Shown: in pieces, positions 30,030 through 43,400 of the stretch
Layout: each line of letters starts with the position of its first letter
Numbering within the stretch: the first letter of the stretch is position 1
Origin: the human T2T-CHM13v2.0 reference genome, Homo sapiens
Strand: one strand, 5' to 3'
Assembly: GCF_009914755.1 (NCBI RefSeq)
Contig: NC_060926.1
Length of the DNA: 64,000 nucleotides
Made by a program: the position numbers and the translations under genes
Notes under the pieces: generated by a model
Database searches by the model: none
Seen by the model: the letters and a program-made list of their open reading frames with translations, nothing else
Told to the model about the DNA's origin: nothing

Positions 30030-33000
30030 AAATGAGCCCTCTGGAAGGCAGGGCATTAAGAAGATTTCCAGATTTGCTCTTGGAGCATCTTGAGATGCTG
30101 AAATGAGGATGGCAGTTTCTACCGATGGACTTTCCTGGTTTGCAGTTTGAATGTCTTGGTTGATGTCATCAGATGTTTTGGTGAATTCTCTAAGTGGCCC
30201 CCACAGAAACAGGCACAAAGGTTCCTTACATGAGCCATGATGGCGATTTGTCTAAAGTTTACATCAAATCATCCAGTAGGGGTTGGGGAAAAGGACAGTT
30301 TTAAGAATTTGGAAATAATAGTTTGGAGGGTTGTAACCAGATATTGGAGGAAACTAGAGGAATTCAGGATCCAGTGCAGTTTATAGGTGGACAGTGCCTC
30401 AAAGACAATAAACAGGACTAGAATCTGATAATGGGCGTACTTAGAGTTTTCTATGGAAACACAATTTTTCTCTCTACAGTTCCCATTTCTACCAAAGATA
30501 ATCACAGGCTAATTTGTTCGCAAAATAAGTTTTGTCTCATTAAGCTGGCCTGATTATATATGTAAGTGCAGCAAGAATAGTGAATATGTACACATTCTCA
30601 AGTATGCCATTCCAGTCAGAGGTTTGATAATATCTAAGGGGCTTTATTGGTTTTGTAAAGTCAATCTGAATTCCTTAAAACTGTCTGGTAATAAGGAATC
30701 TGAAATTAGACTTTAAAAAGCCTTTTCAGTCTAAGAAGCCAAGCAGAGGACTTGCCCAATTGTGTCCTGTTACAGGGGAAACAAACTTTCATTGAACTTA
30801 TGTAAATATTTATATTGCCATGAAAATAAAGAATACTCAATAAGTTTCTGAATTTTGGAGGGGTTGGGGTAGGGAGAAAAGAAAATGTGTTTCATTTTTG
30901 TTTACAAAAGTATTCTTCACCAAATTGCTGTAAGTTGTAGGTCTTAAGGGAAAAGAGAAAAGGCATTCTTTAACTCTAGAAAACAAACATTAAAGAACCC
31001 GCAATATTTCAAAGACATAAAAATTATAATCACCCTCATCAGTTCATTCAGTCCCCTGTAATTCTTGTTCTGCTTGATTTTGGGTTAGCAGCCTCATGAA
31101 TCCATTGGTTTTCCATTAGAGTGCTGGAAATTCTTACCCAGTCCAATGCTGTGATCTTAAAGTTACCAGAAACCTGCACTTGTCAGAGTCTTTTCTGTAA
31201 ATCTTCCAGCAATTTTGTATCACAGATGCTTGCAAAAGCTTTCAGGAAAATATCAGAGTAAAAAATCACTGTCTGTAGATGGCAAAAGATTTAAAATGTC
31301 CATAGTTACAGATTTGATGACAGTTCATTTTAATGCAATTGACAAGGAAATTTGGTTGTTTATTTTATAACATTTGAAGATAATAACTGGAATTATGACT
31401 GATAAAATTATACCAGAACATATCCAATTTCTAGGAATTTCATACAATTTCTAAAACACTTACATTAATAATATAGTCATACAAAAATAACATAAGGTTA
31501 AGCATCACCTTTGACAATGCTTCTCATGCAGTGTAATAGATCAAATAAGCCTAGTTAGTTTCACATATCAAATAAGCCTAGTTAGTTTCACATTTATTTG
31601 ACAATGCTTCCCATGCAAAGATGCTTAATTAGTTTAATGTCTGTGTTTTTTTTTTTTTTTTTAAAGAAATAGAACAAGATTTTCTAGGGGCCGTTGAAAA
31701 ATCCCAGAGTTAGTCTAAGGTCAGAAAAGACTTCATTCAGAATTTGATTTTTGAGACGTTTATAAAAAGAATACCCAAAAGATTCAAGATTCAAAGCACT
31801 TGATTAAATAGGATTACAGGTATTTAGTTATCCATTTAACCAAAGTGACAAAGATTTCAAAGGCAAATACAGAGAAAGCCATGTAGTTGTTAAAAAAAAC
31901 AAAAACAAAAAAAAACAAAACCCCTTGACTTTTTGAGAGAGAAACTTAATCAAAGACAGCACGAAGCACATGAAATTATCTTGACAAAATACAGAATCTT
32001 TGCTTTCTAGGCAGACCATTCAAAAGTTAAAGAAAAACCTTTCACAATCTCCCATCAAGAGCAGGCCCATACTCCAAGAAAGTTTAGTCGTTTTAACAGG
32101 AGCTGAAATGCTAGTTATGCATTATTTTGATATGAATGATAATAGATTCATTCAATTTTAGCCAGCTTAATCACACAAGATTCTCTCTCCCTCTTCTGAA
32201 CTTCCTATAGCCATTTTGGTTTTTTTCCTTCATTTTCTTTTTCAGCAAAAAACATATCTTCCTACTTCACATTTTTTCTTGACTGTCACGCTAGCATTCT
32301 GTAGATTGAGAAATCTATGTAAATACACCATAATTTCTAGAAGCACGTTTCCTTATATTATAATTTTTCAGTGTAGCACAGGACATGTTTACTAACACAC
32401 CCAGGTATCTTTAGTTTCTCTGTCCAAAAGTAGATAAGCTTATGTTCAGCAATTAATGTTTCAGTATTTATCTTATGTGGACTTACATTGATTTAATTCA
32501 CTTGTTTTGAACAATTATGCTTGGATTACTTACGAAAATTTCATGAGACATTAAATAGCTAAGCATCATCTTGTTTTTCTTGCTGAGAAATTTTGTAACT
32601 TAGAGATAGCAGAGGCTTATTTGTAATTCACTTGTCTAACATGAGCTTATTTGACTAGTAGACCTACATAGAATCAAAGTTGTACGTCTGCCTTATGTCT
32701 AATGCTGACAACTCTGAAGGCATATTGGTTTTTTAAACTAAACCAACAATGTTTTTGTTTATTGAAAATTACCCAAGTCACATGAACTTGAAAAGCATTT
32801 GGATTAGTTCCTATTTTTCTGAGAGTTTTCAGGAATACTTAATTTATATAAGCACTTGTTTTTACTTATGTCTATTGAACATACATAGCTATAAGATCTC
32901 TGTGTCTGTTTGTGTATACAGACAGACACAGAGATCTTATAGCTTTCATTTCCAAATTTTAGCCATGTGTCAATTAAAATAATACAAAGCTTATTGGTTT

Positions 33001-34118
33001 ATAAAAGAAGCTGGATCCAAATTGTACCTGTGAGAGATGGAACAAGTCAAGGTTACCTGCTCAGATGGCTACAGCTTTTTAGTGAAGATTTTTTTTTTAT
33101 TTGAGTGCTGTAGGGATGCTTTTAGAGAAGCTATTTTTGAGTCATTTTGTGTTCAGCAGCTTCTGCATACAAATCAAAGAATGCATTCCATTGTCTCCAA
33201 AAGGCTTAGGATACTCCTCCTTCAAGGGCACTCCCAAAGGCAGACTATCTTACCTAAATTAAAGGTTCTCTGAAGTGGTCACTGAAATTGCAAATTATTC
33301 TTTGTAAAGTTCACCTATTTTTTCTTGTGAACTTTGTAAAGTTCACAAGATTCTGATCCACAGTGTTTTTGGACCCCATCTTTGCATTAGATTCTCTGAA
33401 AGGTCTTAACTATTAAGGATTCTTTTTTCAGCAGCTGCTCTGGAACACAGGGAATCATGTGTTTCACCCTTCCCCCTTTTGAACAGAATAGGTTGACTTC
33501 CTGAGAAGTTTCAGCAAAGGTTGTTCAGCATAATTGGAGAGTTCTACACAGAAGGAGGAGAGCTCAGATTCAAAAGAGACTTACTCTAGAACTCCATGGC
33601 TGGGTGAGAGAGCAGCCAGTGCTGCGGCCCTGGGTACCAGCACCTAGTTACTGGCCTTGGGGCTTCACAGGGGTCTTCTTCTGATCCTGCTTCTGACATC
33701 AAAAACTGTCAAAAGAAAATTCAGGGTGCTTTTCTTAATATAAATATTAAGTTAGTAAAAAACTGCAAATAGGGAGACTTCCAAATCAAAAGTGGTAAGA
33801 AGCTTGTCTCACGAAGGTTATAGTAAGGTTTATAAAGCCTAGAAAAGGAAATTCATACAGCTTAATTCTCACTGGTTAGAATGAGTGGGTTAGTTTAGTC
33901 ATTACTGATTTGCTGCAATGTGCTGAGTCATGCTGACCAAGAAATGAAGTTCAAGCTTCATGTGCAGTTTAAGTAGGTGTTTTGGAGAATAGGTCCTTAC
34001 AGGTTTTCCTGAGCTGGGGGTGGGACTTTGGCTCAGAGGCCAAGGTTTGTCTTGGCTTCTATTTTGATTTTTGCCTAACAGGACCATTTTGTTGTCTAAG
34101 CTTACGAATGTTATCACA
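30030..34118 (-). mobile_element. Degenerate endogenous retrovirus: 5' LTR (~33707-34118), PBS and non-coding internal region
   Basis: LTR bounded by TG...CA. Adjacent PBS-like TGATGTCAGAAGCAGGATC on the - strand (33683-33701). AT-rich internal sequence resembles the MER4 group. Confidence 0.65.
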
Positions 34119-34714
34119 TTTCAGTTCAATCTTTCTGATTCTCTTCTGATGGACTGCTGCTCTGCTTGTATATGTGTCTTTAGTTTGGTGCCTCTCATCT
34201 TTTAGTTATGCTGACTCTAGAAGTAAGAACTATGTGTACATAGTATAATTTTGGAAAATATATAAATGCAAAGAAGAAAGCAAAAACAAAAAAACCTCAA
34301 TGAGTCCCACTACTTATGCATGCTGTTACAATCTGAGCTCAGTGGTGAGTTACCTCAGCAAGTAGAATAATAGAGGAAAGAAGATAGACTTTGGAGACAG
34401 ACCTGGTTTTCTACCCCAGATTTGCCACTTACTAGCTGTGCGATGTTGAGCTGGTATTATTTAGTCTGAGCTTTGCTTTCCTCATGTGCAAAATGAGAAT
34501 AATACCTGCCAGGTAAGGTGTTGGTGAGGATTTTTAAAGTATTTAGTAAGTGCTCAGCAAATGTTCATAATATTTTCCTTATTTAGATACTTCTGATTTT
34601 TTTTTAGCATCTAAAATATTTGTATCATTTGAACCTTGGTTTTATTGTTTATTATTTTCAATATATTTATTTGAAACTTTTAGTAAATTTAATTTGCATC
34701 TTTTTTTATTTCAG

Positions 34715-34854
34715 AATTTTCTTTCTTTGATCCTAATGATGCATCATGCCAGGAAATTCTTTTTGATCCCAAAACTTCAGTTTCAGAATTATTTGCCATT
34801 TTGAGACAGTGGGTTCCTCAGGTCCAACAAAACATTGACATTATTGGAAATGAG
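34715..34854 (+). CDS. CLIP4: CLIP4 exon 3 (EFSFFDPNDASCQEILF...IIGNE)
   Basis: TTTCAG acceptor, GAG|GTAAGG donor; 140 nt, phase 1 to 0. Confidence 0.96.
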
Positions 34855-35608
34855 GTAAGGAATTCTTACATTTTAAGTTTTGCATTGTTAGGATTGTTAA
34901 TGGTATAGATTTTTTTCCCCATCTGAAAGGAAGATGGTAATAAAGGAGAAACCCTTTAAAAGTTCTGATATTTATTTGTATTTCCAGGATTTTCATGGGG
35001 CAGTGAGTTAATACTATATATTCTTCTGATTATTTCTTCATGCTCTGTACTTCTGACATTTGTAGACTCCTGGCGGGTGCAGGGAGGGGCATTTTTCATA
35101 TTTCCTTCTTTGTAAAATTAATTTTGTAAACTTTTATGCATTTCATAAAGGGATTTGATTACCATCATGTTCTATTTACACTTTTGGTTGGTTTGGTAAA
35201 TATATAGGCTTGAATGTAGTCTTTAAGAATATTAGATTTTTTGAGGGAGGGTTCCTTGACCAGTATGTTGCTGTGTTGTAGGAAGAGAGTGCTTATACTT
35301 TTTTCAAATATCATTACACGCATAGAAATAAAATTTTGCTCATTTTTGAGAGGAACATATTTGGAGTGCCAGATTACCTTTGGAATAATCTTTAAGAATT
35401 TCCTTCAGCCTGCTGACAAGTTCAGTTTTCATTATTGTTGTTGAGTACAGATTTAAAAATTTACCCTTAAGATATGCTCATACTGTCTATACATTTTACT
35501 GAGAAGTAATTCAGATACGATAGACTAACTTGGTTCCTCAGCATTGGTTTGAAAGCAATAGGTACCTCAGTAGTTAGGTTGTAACCATATTTTCCTTGAC
35601 TGCTTCAG

Positions 35609-35702
35609 ATTCTTAAGAGAGGTTGCAATGTGAATGATAGAGATGGATTGACAGATATGACTCTTTTACATTATACCTGCAAATCTGGAGCTCATGGTAT
35701 TG
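35609..35702 (+). CDS. CLIP4: CLIP4 exon 4, ankyrin repeat (ILKRGCNVNDRDGLTDMTLLHYTCKSGAHGI)
   Basis: CTTCAG acceptor, G|GTAAGT donor; 94 nt. Confidence 0.96.
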
Positions 35703-36259
35703 GTAAGTGTGTGGTAAATCTATCAGTTGCTTATGTCATCTGCACTTGTGCTTAGATAATCTATATTTATGCCCATATATTGTCTGGGGGAAGGCACCCA
35801 GCTGATGATGATAATATTGCCTGAAGAGCTGAGGATTCAGTTAGGTCCTTCCAAAAACCATATTCCCTTTAATCAAGGAGGTCTTTATACCCTCCTGATA
35901 CCTCTTAACTTTTCTGGATCAGGCCTCATGCCTGATTGCATAATAGATGAGAGTAACTAGTAACACCCTAAAATCTTTCTGAGGGTTTATAACAAGGTTT
36001 GACAGTCCAAGGTCAGTCTTTGCATACTGATCCCTAATCTTAAGACCCCAGTCTTGAGACCTAAGGTCTGTTCCTACATATGTAACATATGTGCATATTT
36101 TCCAAAATTGTTATTCTCTTGTGCTTTTTGTCATTGTATGAACCTGCATCTCTTACTTAACTATATATTGTGATTGTCTCTCCTTGTTTCAATAGTCTGA
36201 TGTGGTGGTGCTGAAGCTACTGGTGGTGATGGACTCCTTTTTCCCCTCACAACTCATCA

Positions 36260-36660
<401 letters not shown>

Positions 36661-37111
36661 AAAAGGCATAAGACTACATTTCAGTTAACATAATGAGAAG
36701 ACATATTAAATAGGGAAAAGCAATAAAAGGTACACACAGATTGCAATTTGGGACTGCCAGTGGTCCACGGAACACGTTTGGGGGAGCACTGATCTGCTGT
36801 GTTGTTGTTGATGGCTTCATAGCATTCTATGTGTGTCTCAATTTATTTAACCAATTTCTTATTATACTTTTTGGATTTTTTAGAATTATATTAACAATAA
36901 GAGTGCAGTGATGAGCATCTTTGCAGCCAAGTGTTTATCTGTATCCCTGAGTATGATTATTTTCTTAGGATCAATTCTTGCAAGTGAAATTTTTGAAGTG
37001 TGTCTATACAGTGCACTGTTTGCTTTGGCTTTTTAAATGAGGCAATTGGTAGCCATCCATTGGAACTTAAAATTTGTACTAAAGGAAAGTAATTTAGAAA
37101 ATCTTCTTTAG

Positions 37112-37273
37112 GTGATGTGGAAACAGCTGTAAAATTTGCAACTCAGCTTATTGACCTGGGAGCAGACATTAGTTTGCGGAGTCGCTGGACAAACATGAAT
37201 GCTTTGCATTATGCTGCTTATTTTGATGTCCCTGAACTTATAAGAGTGATTTTGAAAACGTCGAAACCAAAAG
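37112..37273 (+). CDS. CLIP4: CLIP4 exon 5, ankyrin repeat (GDVETAVKF...NALHYAAYFDVPELIRVILKTSKPK)
   Basis: TTTAG acceptor; 162 nt; non-canonical AAG|GCAAGT donor needed to keep the frame; overlaps ORF 37117..37308. Confidence 0.95.
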
Positions 37274-38411
37274 GCAAGTATTATAAGATCACCTTTAGAT
37301 ATTATTAACTGAACACTTTAGTGGTGGCATAAAAATTATAATTCAAGGATATTTTTTCCTTCTAATCCATCTTGTTTCATATGCCTTTCTACTCCATTTT
37401 ATTTCTGAGATAGTTTAAAATTTCTTTATTGAGTATTAATTACTATCTTTTCTACAAAAGGATTAGTACAGAGAGATACAAAATGAAAGAGTGTTCTCTG
37501 GGTTTTCATATCTCTATAAGTTCTCCAGTATAACACGGATGTTTTATATAATTGATTCTACATGGTTTATGATTCTTTTGCCTTGCTTGGGTAGCCAGAA
37601 ATAGAATAATAAGGTCTTCAGAGATTGGAATAATAAATAATATTTATTTTAGATGGCATTTGGTTCTGAAATTATATAATTCAACTTAAGGGATAATATT
37701 TCAGTTTTTTTTCCCTGTTTTGATGGTGATATCCTGAAATTGAAGATCTGAATGTCTAAGTCACAGTCCTGGTATTTTGATTTTTCTCTCTGGTTCTCTT
37801 GGGGCCCAATTTTCTTTTCTTTCTTTTTTAGAAAAATATGAGAGCAAGCAAATAGTATTAACGTTAAGTTAAAGTGTACAATATTTTCCCCATTGTAGGA
37901 ACATGCTTCAGAGATTCAATAGATAAATTTCCCAGAATGTTCATTTCTAACCTCCAATCTGCATAATTGTCCATTTTCTCTTTAAAATTCTACCTTTTCA
38001 ATTTCTAAGTGATGTTGGGAAGAAAGCCTCTGTCTACACTACTGTGTCTTTAATAATTCAAGAGAGTTTGTTGAGTATTTCTGGGTGGTTTGCAGTTGTA
38101 GGAAGGGTATGTGGGTGTGGTGTTGTTTAGTTGAGGGTAGGATTTGCAGAACCAGAGGTATATTTAAACCCTTGTTATCGAAAATACTCAAGATGGGATT
38201 CCCAAATCTGGAGGATTTCCTGTATTTAAGTATAACATATGATGCTATGTTAAACGTTATTAACATGTCCTTAGAGTTGCAAGATTACTTTTCTCATTAT
38301 GAAATTCAAATTCATTTGTTCAGTAGAGTATTATGAATCAATTTATAGGTAAGCATTTCTATGCTTAATTAGACTTTAACTACTTTGAAAATTCTGCTTT
38401 GTTTTACCTAC

Positions 38412-38630
38412 CAGGTATTGGCCGTTTTTTTTCTGTAAAGGGCCAGCTACTAAATACTTTAGACTTTTTGGACCATATGGTCTCTGATGAAACTACTCAG
38501 TTCCATAGTTGTAGCATGGAAGTAGCCACAGAGGATATGTAAATGAATGAGTGTGCCTGTGTTCTAATAAAACTTTATAAAAACAGGTGGGCTGGATTTG
38601 GCCTCTGAGTCATAGGTTGCTGACCCCTGA
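38412..38630 (+). mobile_element. MER58A
   Basis: TTTTTCTGTAAAGGGCCAG...TAATAAAACTTTAT...GCTGACCCCTG. Confidence 0.8.
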
Positions 38631-39004
38631 GCTAAACTCTACTACTCTACCTCACTGTAGTTGTCATGGCAAATATGCAACAGACTTAATGGGAGATTGT
38701 GATAAGCTGTTACTTTTACAGATATGAATTTTTGCCATTAATTGTTTTAAAATATGTTTTAGTTTGAAAATCCAAGATAATATCACTCCATCTTATAATG
38801 AATTTTATTGTACTAATAATCAACTGCTTATTTTAACTAGATTGTAATATAAAGATTTTGTTCTGTTGTGAAATCATGCCTCTAGTGGGTTGATTTAAGT
38901 CTTACAAATGCTATAAGTCCCTCCTCCCAAAGCCCTGTCTTCTTTTAAATTATGATAGCTAAGTTTAAACTTTTAGTTAATATACTTATGATGTTTAATT
39001 GCAG

Positions 39005-39123
39005 ATGTGGATGCCACTTGCAGTGATTTTAATTTTGGAACAGCTTTGCATATTGCAGCATACAACTTGTGTGCAGGTGCTGTGAAGTGCCTCTTGGAGC
39101 AGGGAGCAAATCCTGCATTTAGG
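39005..39123 (+). CDS. CLIP4: CLIP4 exon 6, ankyrin repeat (DVDATCSDFNFGTALHIAAYNLCAGAVKCLLEQGANPAFR)
   Basis: TTGCAG acceptor, AGG|GTAAGA donor; 119 nt. Confidence 0.96.
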
Positions 39124-40481
39124 GTAAGAGGTTAAATTAAAAGTGAAAAATATTAAAAGAATTAAGAAATCTTACTTTCTGGTAAAATGTTGAATCTGAA
39201 TGTTATTAATAGAAGAACTCTTACATGAGCAAGTAATTTATATCTTTGTGCCACATGTAAAGAGTGATGATGATCTTTATTGTAAATAAATTTAAGGCAT
39301 AATGATAAATTTCCTTTTATATTGATAAGTCCCATTCAGGAAAGTAAAGTCTTCCTTTAAGTGTCATAATCTTTAAGTATCTTTCATTTAGGAGTTTGAT
39401 GTATTTATGAAAAGTCAGCTGTTAAGTAGCAATACATATATTACAGTTATATTTTTCTGTTAAATCATATTCTAAACTTTTTTGGAAATTCATTTCGGAA
39501 AGTTATATACCCATTTAAGGATGAAGTAAGCCTTTGAAAATGAAATGTTTAAAGGAAAAGTGTATTTTTTAATAGTAAAATTTCACTAATTTACAGAGTT
39601 ACACAGGATTGAATTTCATAGTCTTCAGATCATTTGTTGTTGTTGTTTTTTTTTTTCAGAAAGTGTTCTGTTTTCCCTTTCTTTATATTAATAACAATAA
39701 CTCGCTCTGGCAGGTATTCTTAATCGTGTTATACTTTCCCTTGAAGGGATGTGTGTGAGCGGCAGATAGTGTGCAGTATTCGAAAACACCTGTCTTCCCT
39801 TCCCTTTCCTATTTTTCCCATTTTCCCTACTTCTTTGCCAGTTTTCTTTCTGTTTAACCCCCTTGATTACCCCCCAACTTTTAATTTCTTCTCTTCCTCC
39901 CTCCCTCCCTTCTGACTATATTGGTTATTGGGCACTGGGAGAATACTACAATAATGTAGATAAAGCCCTTGCCCTCAAAAAGAATGTCTTGCAGAGGGGA
40001 GGTGGGACAGGGAAGCAGTCAGTTTTACTGTAGTGTGCTAATTCAGTGTGACATGATGGGGCGGGGGTGGCAGAGGGCCATGGGGTCATCTTCCCAAGGC
40101 TTCAACAGGGGGTGACATCTAAATCAAGTGCTTACATAGGCAAGAATTAAACAGGTACTGAAGGGAGGGTGAGGAAAGCATCTTAGGCAGAGAGAGTAGC
40201 GTGCAAGAAGCCTAGGAGATGATCATTCAGTCCAGCTGGAGTGTGAAGGGGGGAGGCGTTTGCTTTTGTTGGTACAGCTGTTGACAAAGCCCCATTAGTG
40301 GGGACAATGTTCTGAATTTGTTAGGATGCCATGAGATACGTTATTGAGCTAAATTACCAATTTAGGCCAGAAGCAGATTAATAGGTTGCCATATTTTGAA
40401 AATAACTACTTAAAAAAAAAAAAGGTAAACGTATGGGTCAGCAGTAGCCCTCAGACCATACTTTGATAGCCGCCATCTTAT

Positions 40482-43400
40482 TTTTTAATTTTTATTTTAA
40501 ATATTAGATTGAGGGAGTATATGTACAGGTTTGTGAAATAGGTTATATTGCCTGGTGCTGAGGTTTGGGCTTCTGTTGACGCCGTCACCCAAACAGTGAA
40601 CATACCCTAGCCCTTCCCCACCTCCTTCCCTCCCACACTCCCTCCCGTCTTTAGGGGTCCCAGTGTCTGTTGTTCCCATCTTTATGTCTGTGTGTACCCA
40701 GTGTTCAGCTCCCACTAATAAGTGAGAACATGCATTATTTGGTTTTCTGTTTCTGCATTAATTTTCTTAGGATAATGGCCTCTAGTTGCATCCATGTTGT
40801 TGCAAAGGGCACGATTTCATTATTTAAATGACTGTGTAGTATGCCCTATATGTACCGCATTTTCTTTATCCAGTCCACTATTGATGAGCACCTAGGTTGA
40901 TTCCATGGCTTTGCTATTATGAATCGTGCTGTGAAAAACATATGAGTGCAGTGTCTTTTTGGTAAAATAATTTATTTTCCTTTGGGTGTGTACAGTAATG
41001 AGATTGCTAGGTCAAATGGTAATTCTGTTTTTAGTTTTTTGAGAAATCTCCACATTGCTTTCCACAGGGGCTGAACCAATTTACATTCCCACTAACAGTG
41101 TATAAATGTTCCTTTTCTCCACAACCTCACCAAGATGTTATTTTTTGACTTTTTAATAATGGACATTCTGACTGGTGTGAGATAGTCTCTCATTGTGGTG
41201 TTGATTAGCATTTCTCTGATGATTAGTGACGTTGAGCATTTTTTATATTTGTTGGTTGCTTGTATGTCTTCTTTTGAGAAGTGTCTGTTCATGTTCTTTG
41301 CCGCTTTTTAATGGGATTTTTTTTCTTGTTGATTTGTTTACATTCCTTATAGATTCTGGATATTAGTCCTTTGTTGGATGCATAGTTTGTATTTTTACCC
41401 ATTCTGTAGGTTGTCTGTTTACTCTGTTGATAGTTTCTTTTGCTGTGCAGAAGCTCTTTAGTTTAATGAGGTCCTGTTTGACAATTTTTGTTTTTGTTGC
41501 CTTCGCTTTTGAGGACTTAGTCCCAAATTCTTTGCCTAAGCCAATGCCTAGAAGAGTATTTCCTAGGTTTTCGTCTAGGATTTTTGTAGTTCGAGGTCTT
41601 ACATTTAAATTTTAAATCCATCTTGAGTTAATTTTTGTATATAGTGAGTAGTGGGGGTCCAGTTTCATTGTTCTGCATATGGCTAGCCAGTTTTCCCAGC
41701 ACCATCTATGAGTAGAGTGTCCTTTCCCTACTGTTTATTTTTGTCAGCTTTGTCAAAGATCAGTTGGTTGTGTGTGGCTTTATTTCAGGGGTCTCTATTC
41801 TGTTTCATTGGTCTATATGTCTATTTTTTTTAGCAATATCATGCTGTTTTGATTACTGGAGTCTTGTAGTATAATTTTAAGTCAGGTAATGTGATGCCTC
41901 TGGCTTCTGTTCTTTCTGCTTAGGATTGCTTTGGCTATTTGGGCTCTTTTTTTTTTTTTGGCTCCATATGAATTTTAGAACAGTTTTTTCTAATCCTGTG
42001 AAAAACGATGTTGGAAATTTGATAGGAAGACTGTTGAAACTGTCAATTGCTTTGGGCAATGTGGACATTTTAATGATACTGATTCTTCCAGTCCATGAGC
42101 ATGGAGTGTTTTTCCATTTGTTTGTGTTCTTTCAGCAGCATTTCATAGTTATTGTAGAGATCTTCCATCTCCTTGGTTAGATGTATTCCTTGGTATTTTT
42201 ATTATTATTTTGTGGCTGTTGTAAATGGAATTGTGTTCTTGATTTTGTTCTCAGCCTGAGTGTTATTGGTGTATAGAAATGCTACTGATTTTCGTATATT
42301 GATTTTGTGTCCTGAAACTTTACTGAAGTTGTTTATCAGGTCTAGGAGGTTTTTTTTGGCAGAACCTTTAGAATTTTCTACATATCGAACCATATTGTTG
42401 GTGAAGAGAGGTAATTTGACCTCCTCTTTTCCTATTTGGGTGCCTTTTATTTCTTTTTCTTGCCTAATTACTCTGGCTAGGACTTCCAGTACTATGTTGA
42501 ATAGGCGTAGTGACAGTGGACATTCTTGTTTTGTTCCAATTCTCAGGAGGAATGTTTCCAACTTGCCCGTTCAGTATGATGTTGGCTGTGGGTTTGTCAT
42601 AGATGGCTCTTAGTATTTTGAGGTATGTTCCTTCAATGCCTAATTTGTTGAAGGTTTTTTTTTTTATCATGAAGGGGTGTTGGAATTTATTGATTGCTTT
42701 TTCTGTATCTATTGAGATGATCATACAGTTTTTAATTTTGTTTATGTGGTGAATCACGTTTATTGACTTGCATACGTTGAACCTCCTTGCATGACTTGAT
42801 CACGGTGAATTATCTTTTTGGTATGCTGCTGAATTTGGTTTGCTAGTAACTTGAGGTTTTCTGTGTCTGTGTTTATCAGGGATATTGGCCTGTAGTTTTC
42901 TTTTTTGTTGTGTCTTTGCCAGATTTTGGTATCAAGATGATACTGCTTTCATAGAATGAATTAGGGAGAAATCCCTCCTCCTTGGTTTTTTCATATCATT
43001 TTGGTAGGATTGTTATCAGCTCATCCTCGTATGTTTGGTAGAATTTGGCTGTGAATCCATTCGGTCCAGGGCTTTTTCTGGATGGTAGGTTTTTTATTAC
43101 TGATTCAATTTTGTAACTAATTATTGGTATGTTCAGGGTTTCACTTTCTTCCTGGTTCTTGGAAGGTTGTGTGTTTCTAGGAATTTAGATTCCTAGATTT
43201 TCTAGATTTCCTCTAGATTTTCTAGTTTATGTGAATAGAGGTATTCACAGTAGTTGCTGAGGATCTTTTACATTTCTGTGGGATTGTTGTAATGTCATAT
43301 TTATCATTTCCAATTGTGCTTATTTGGATCTTTTTTCTTTAGCTAGCAGTCTGTCAATCTTATTGTTTCAAAGAACCATCTTTTCATTTTGCTGATCCTT

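Noticed and set aside
33683-33701. tRNA-like sequence
   Set aside because: It is only a ~19-nt match consistent with a retroviral primer-binding site, not a tRNA gene.
37278-37283. GT donor (GTATTA) for exon 5
   Set aside because: It adds 4 nt and breaks the frame into exon 6; the GC donor fits.
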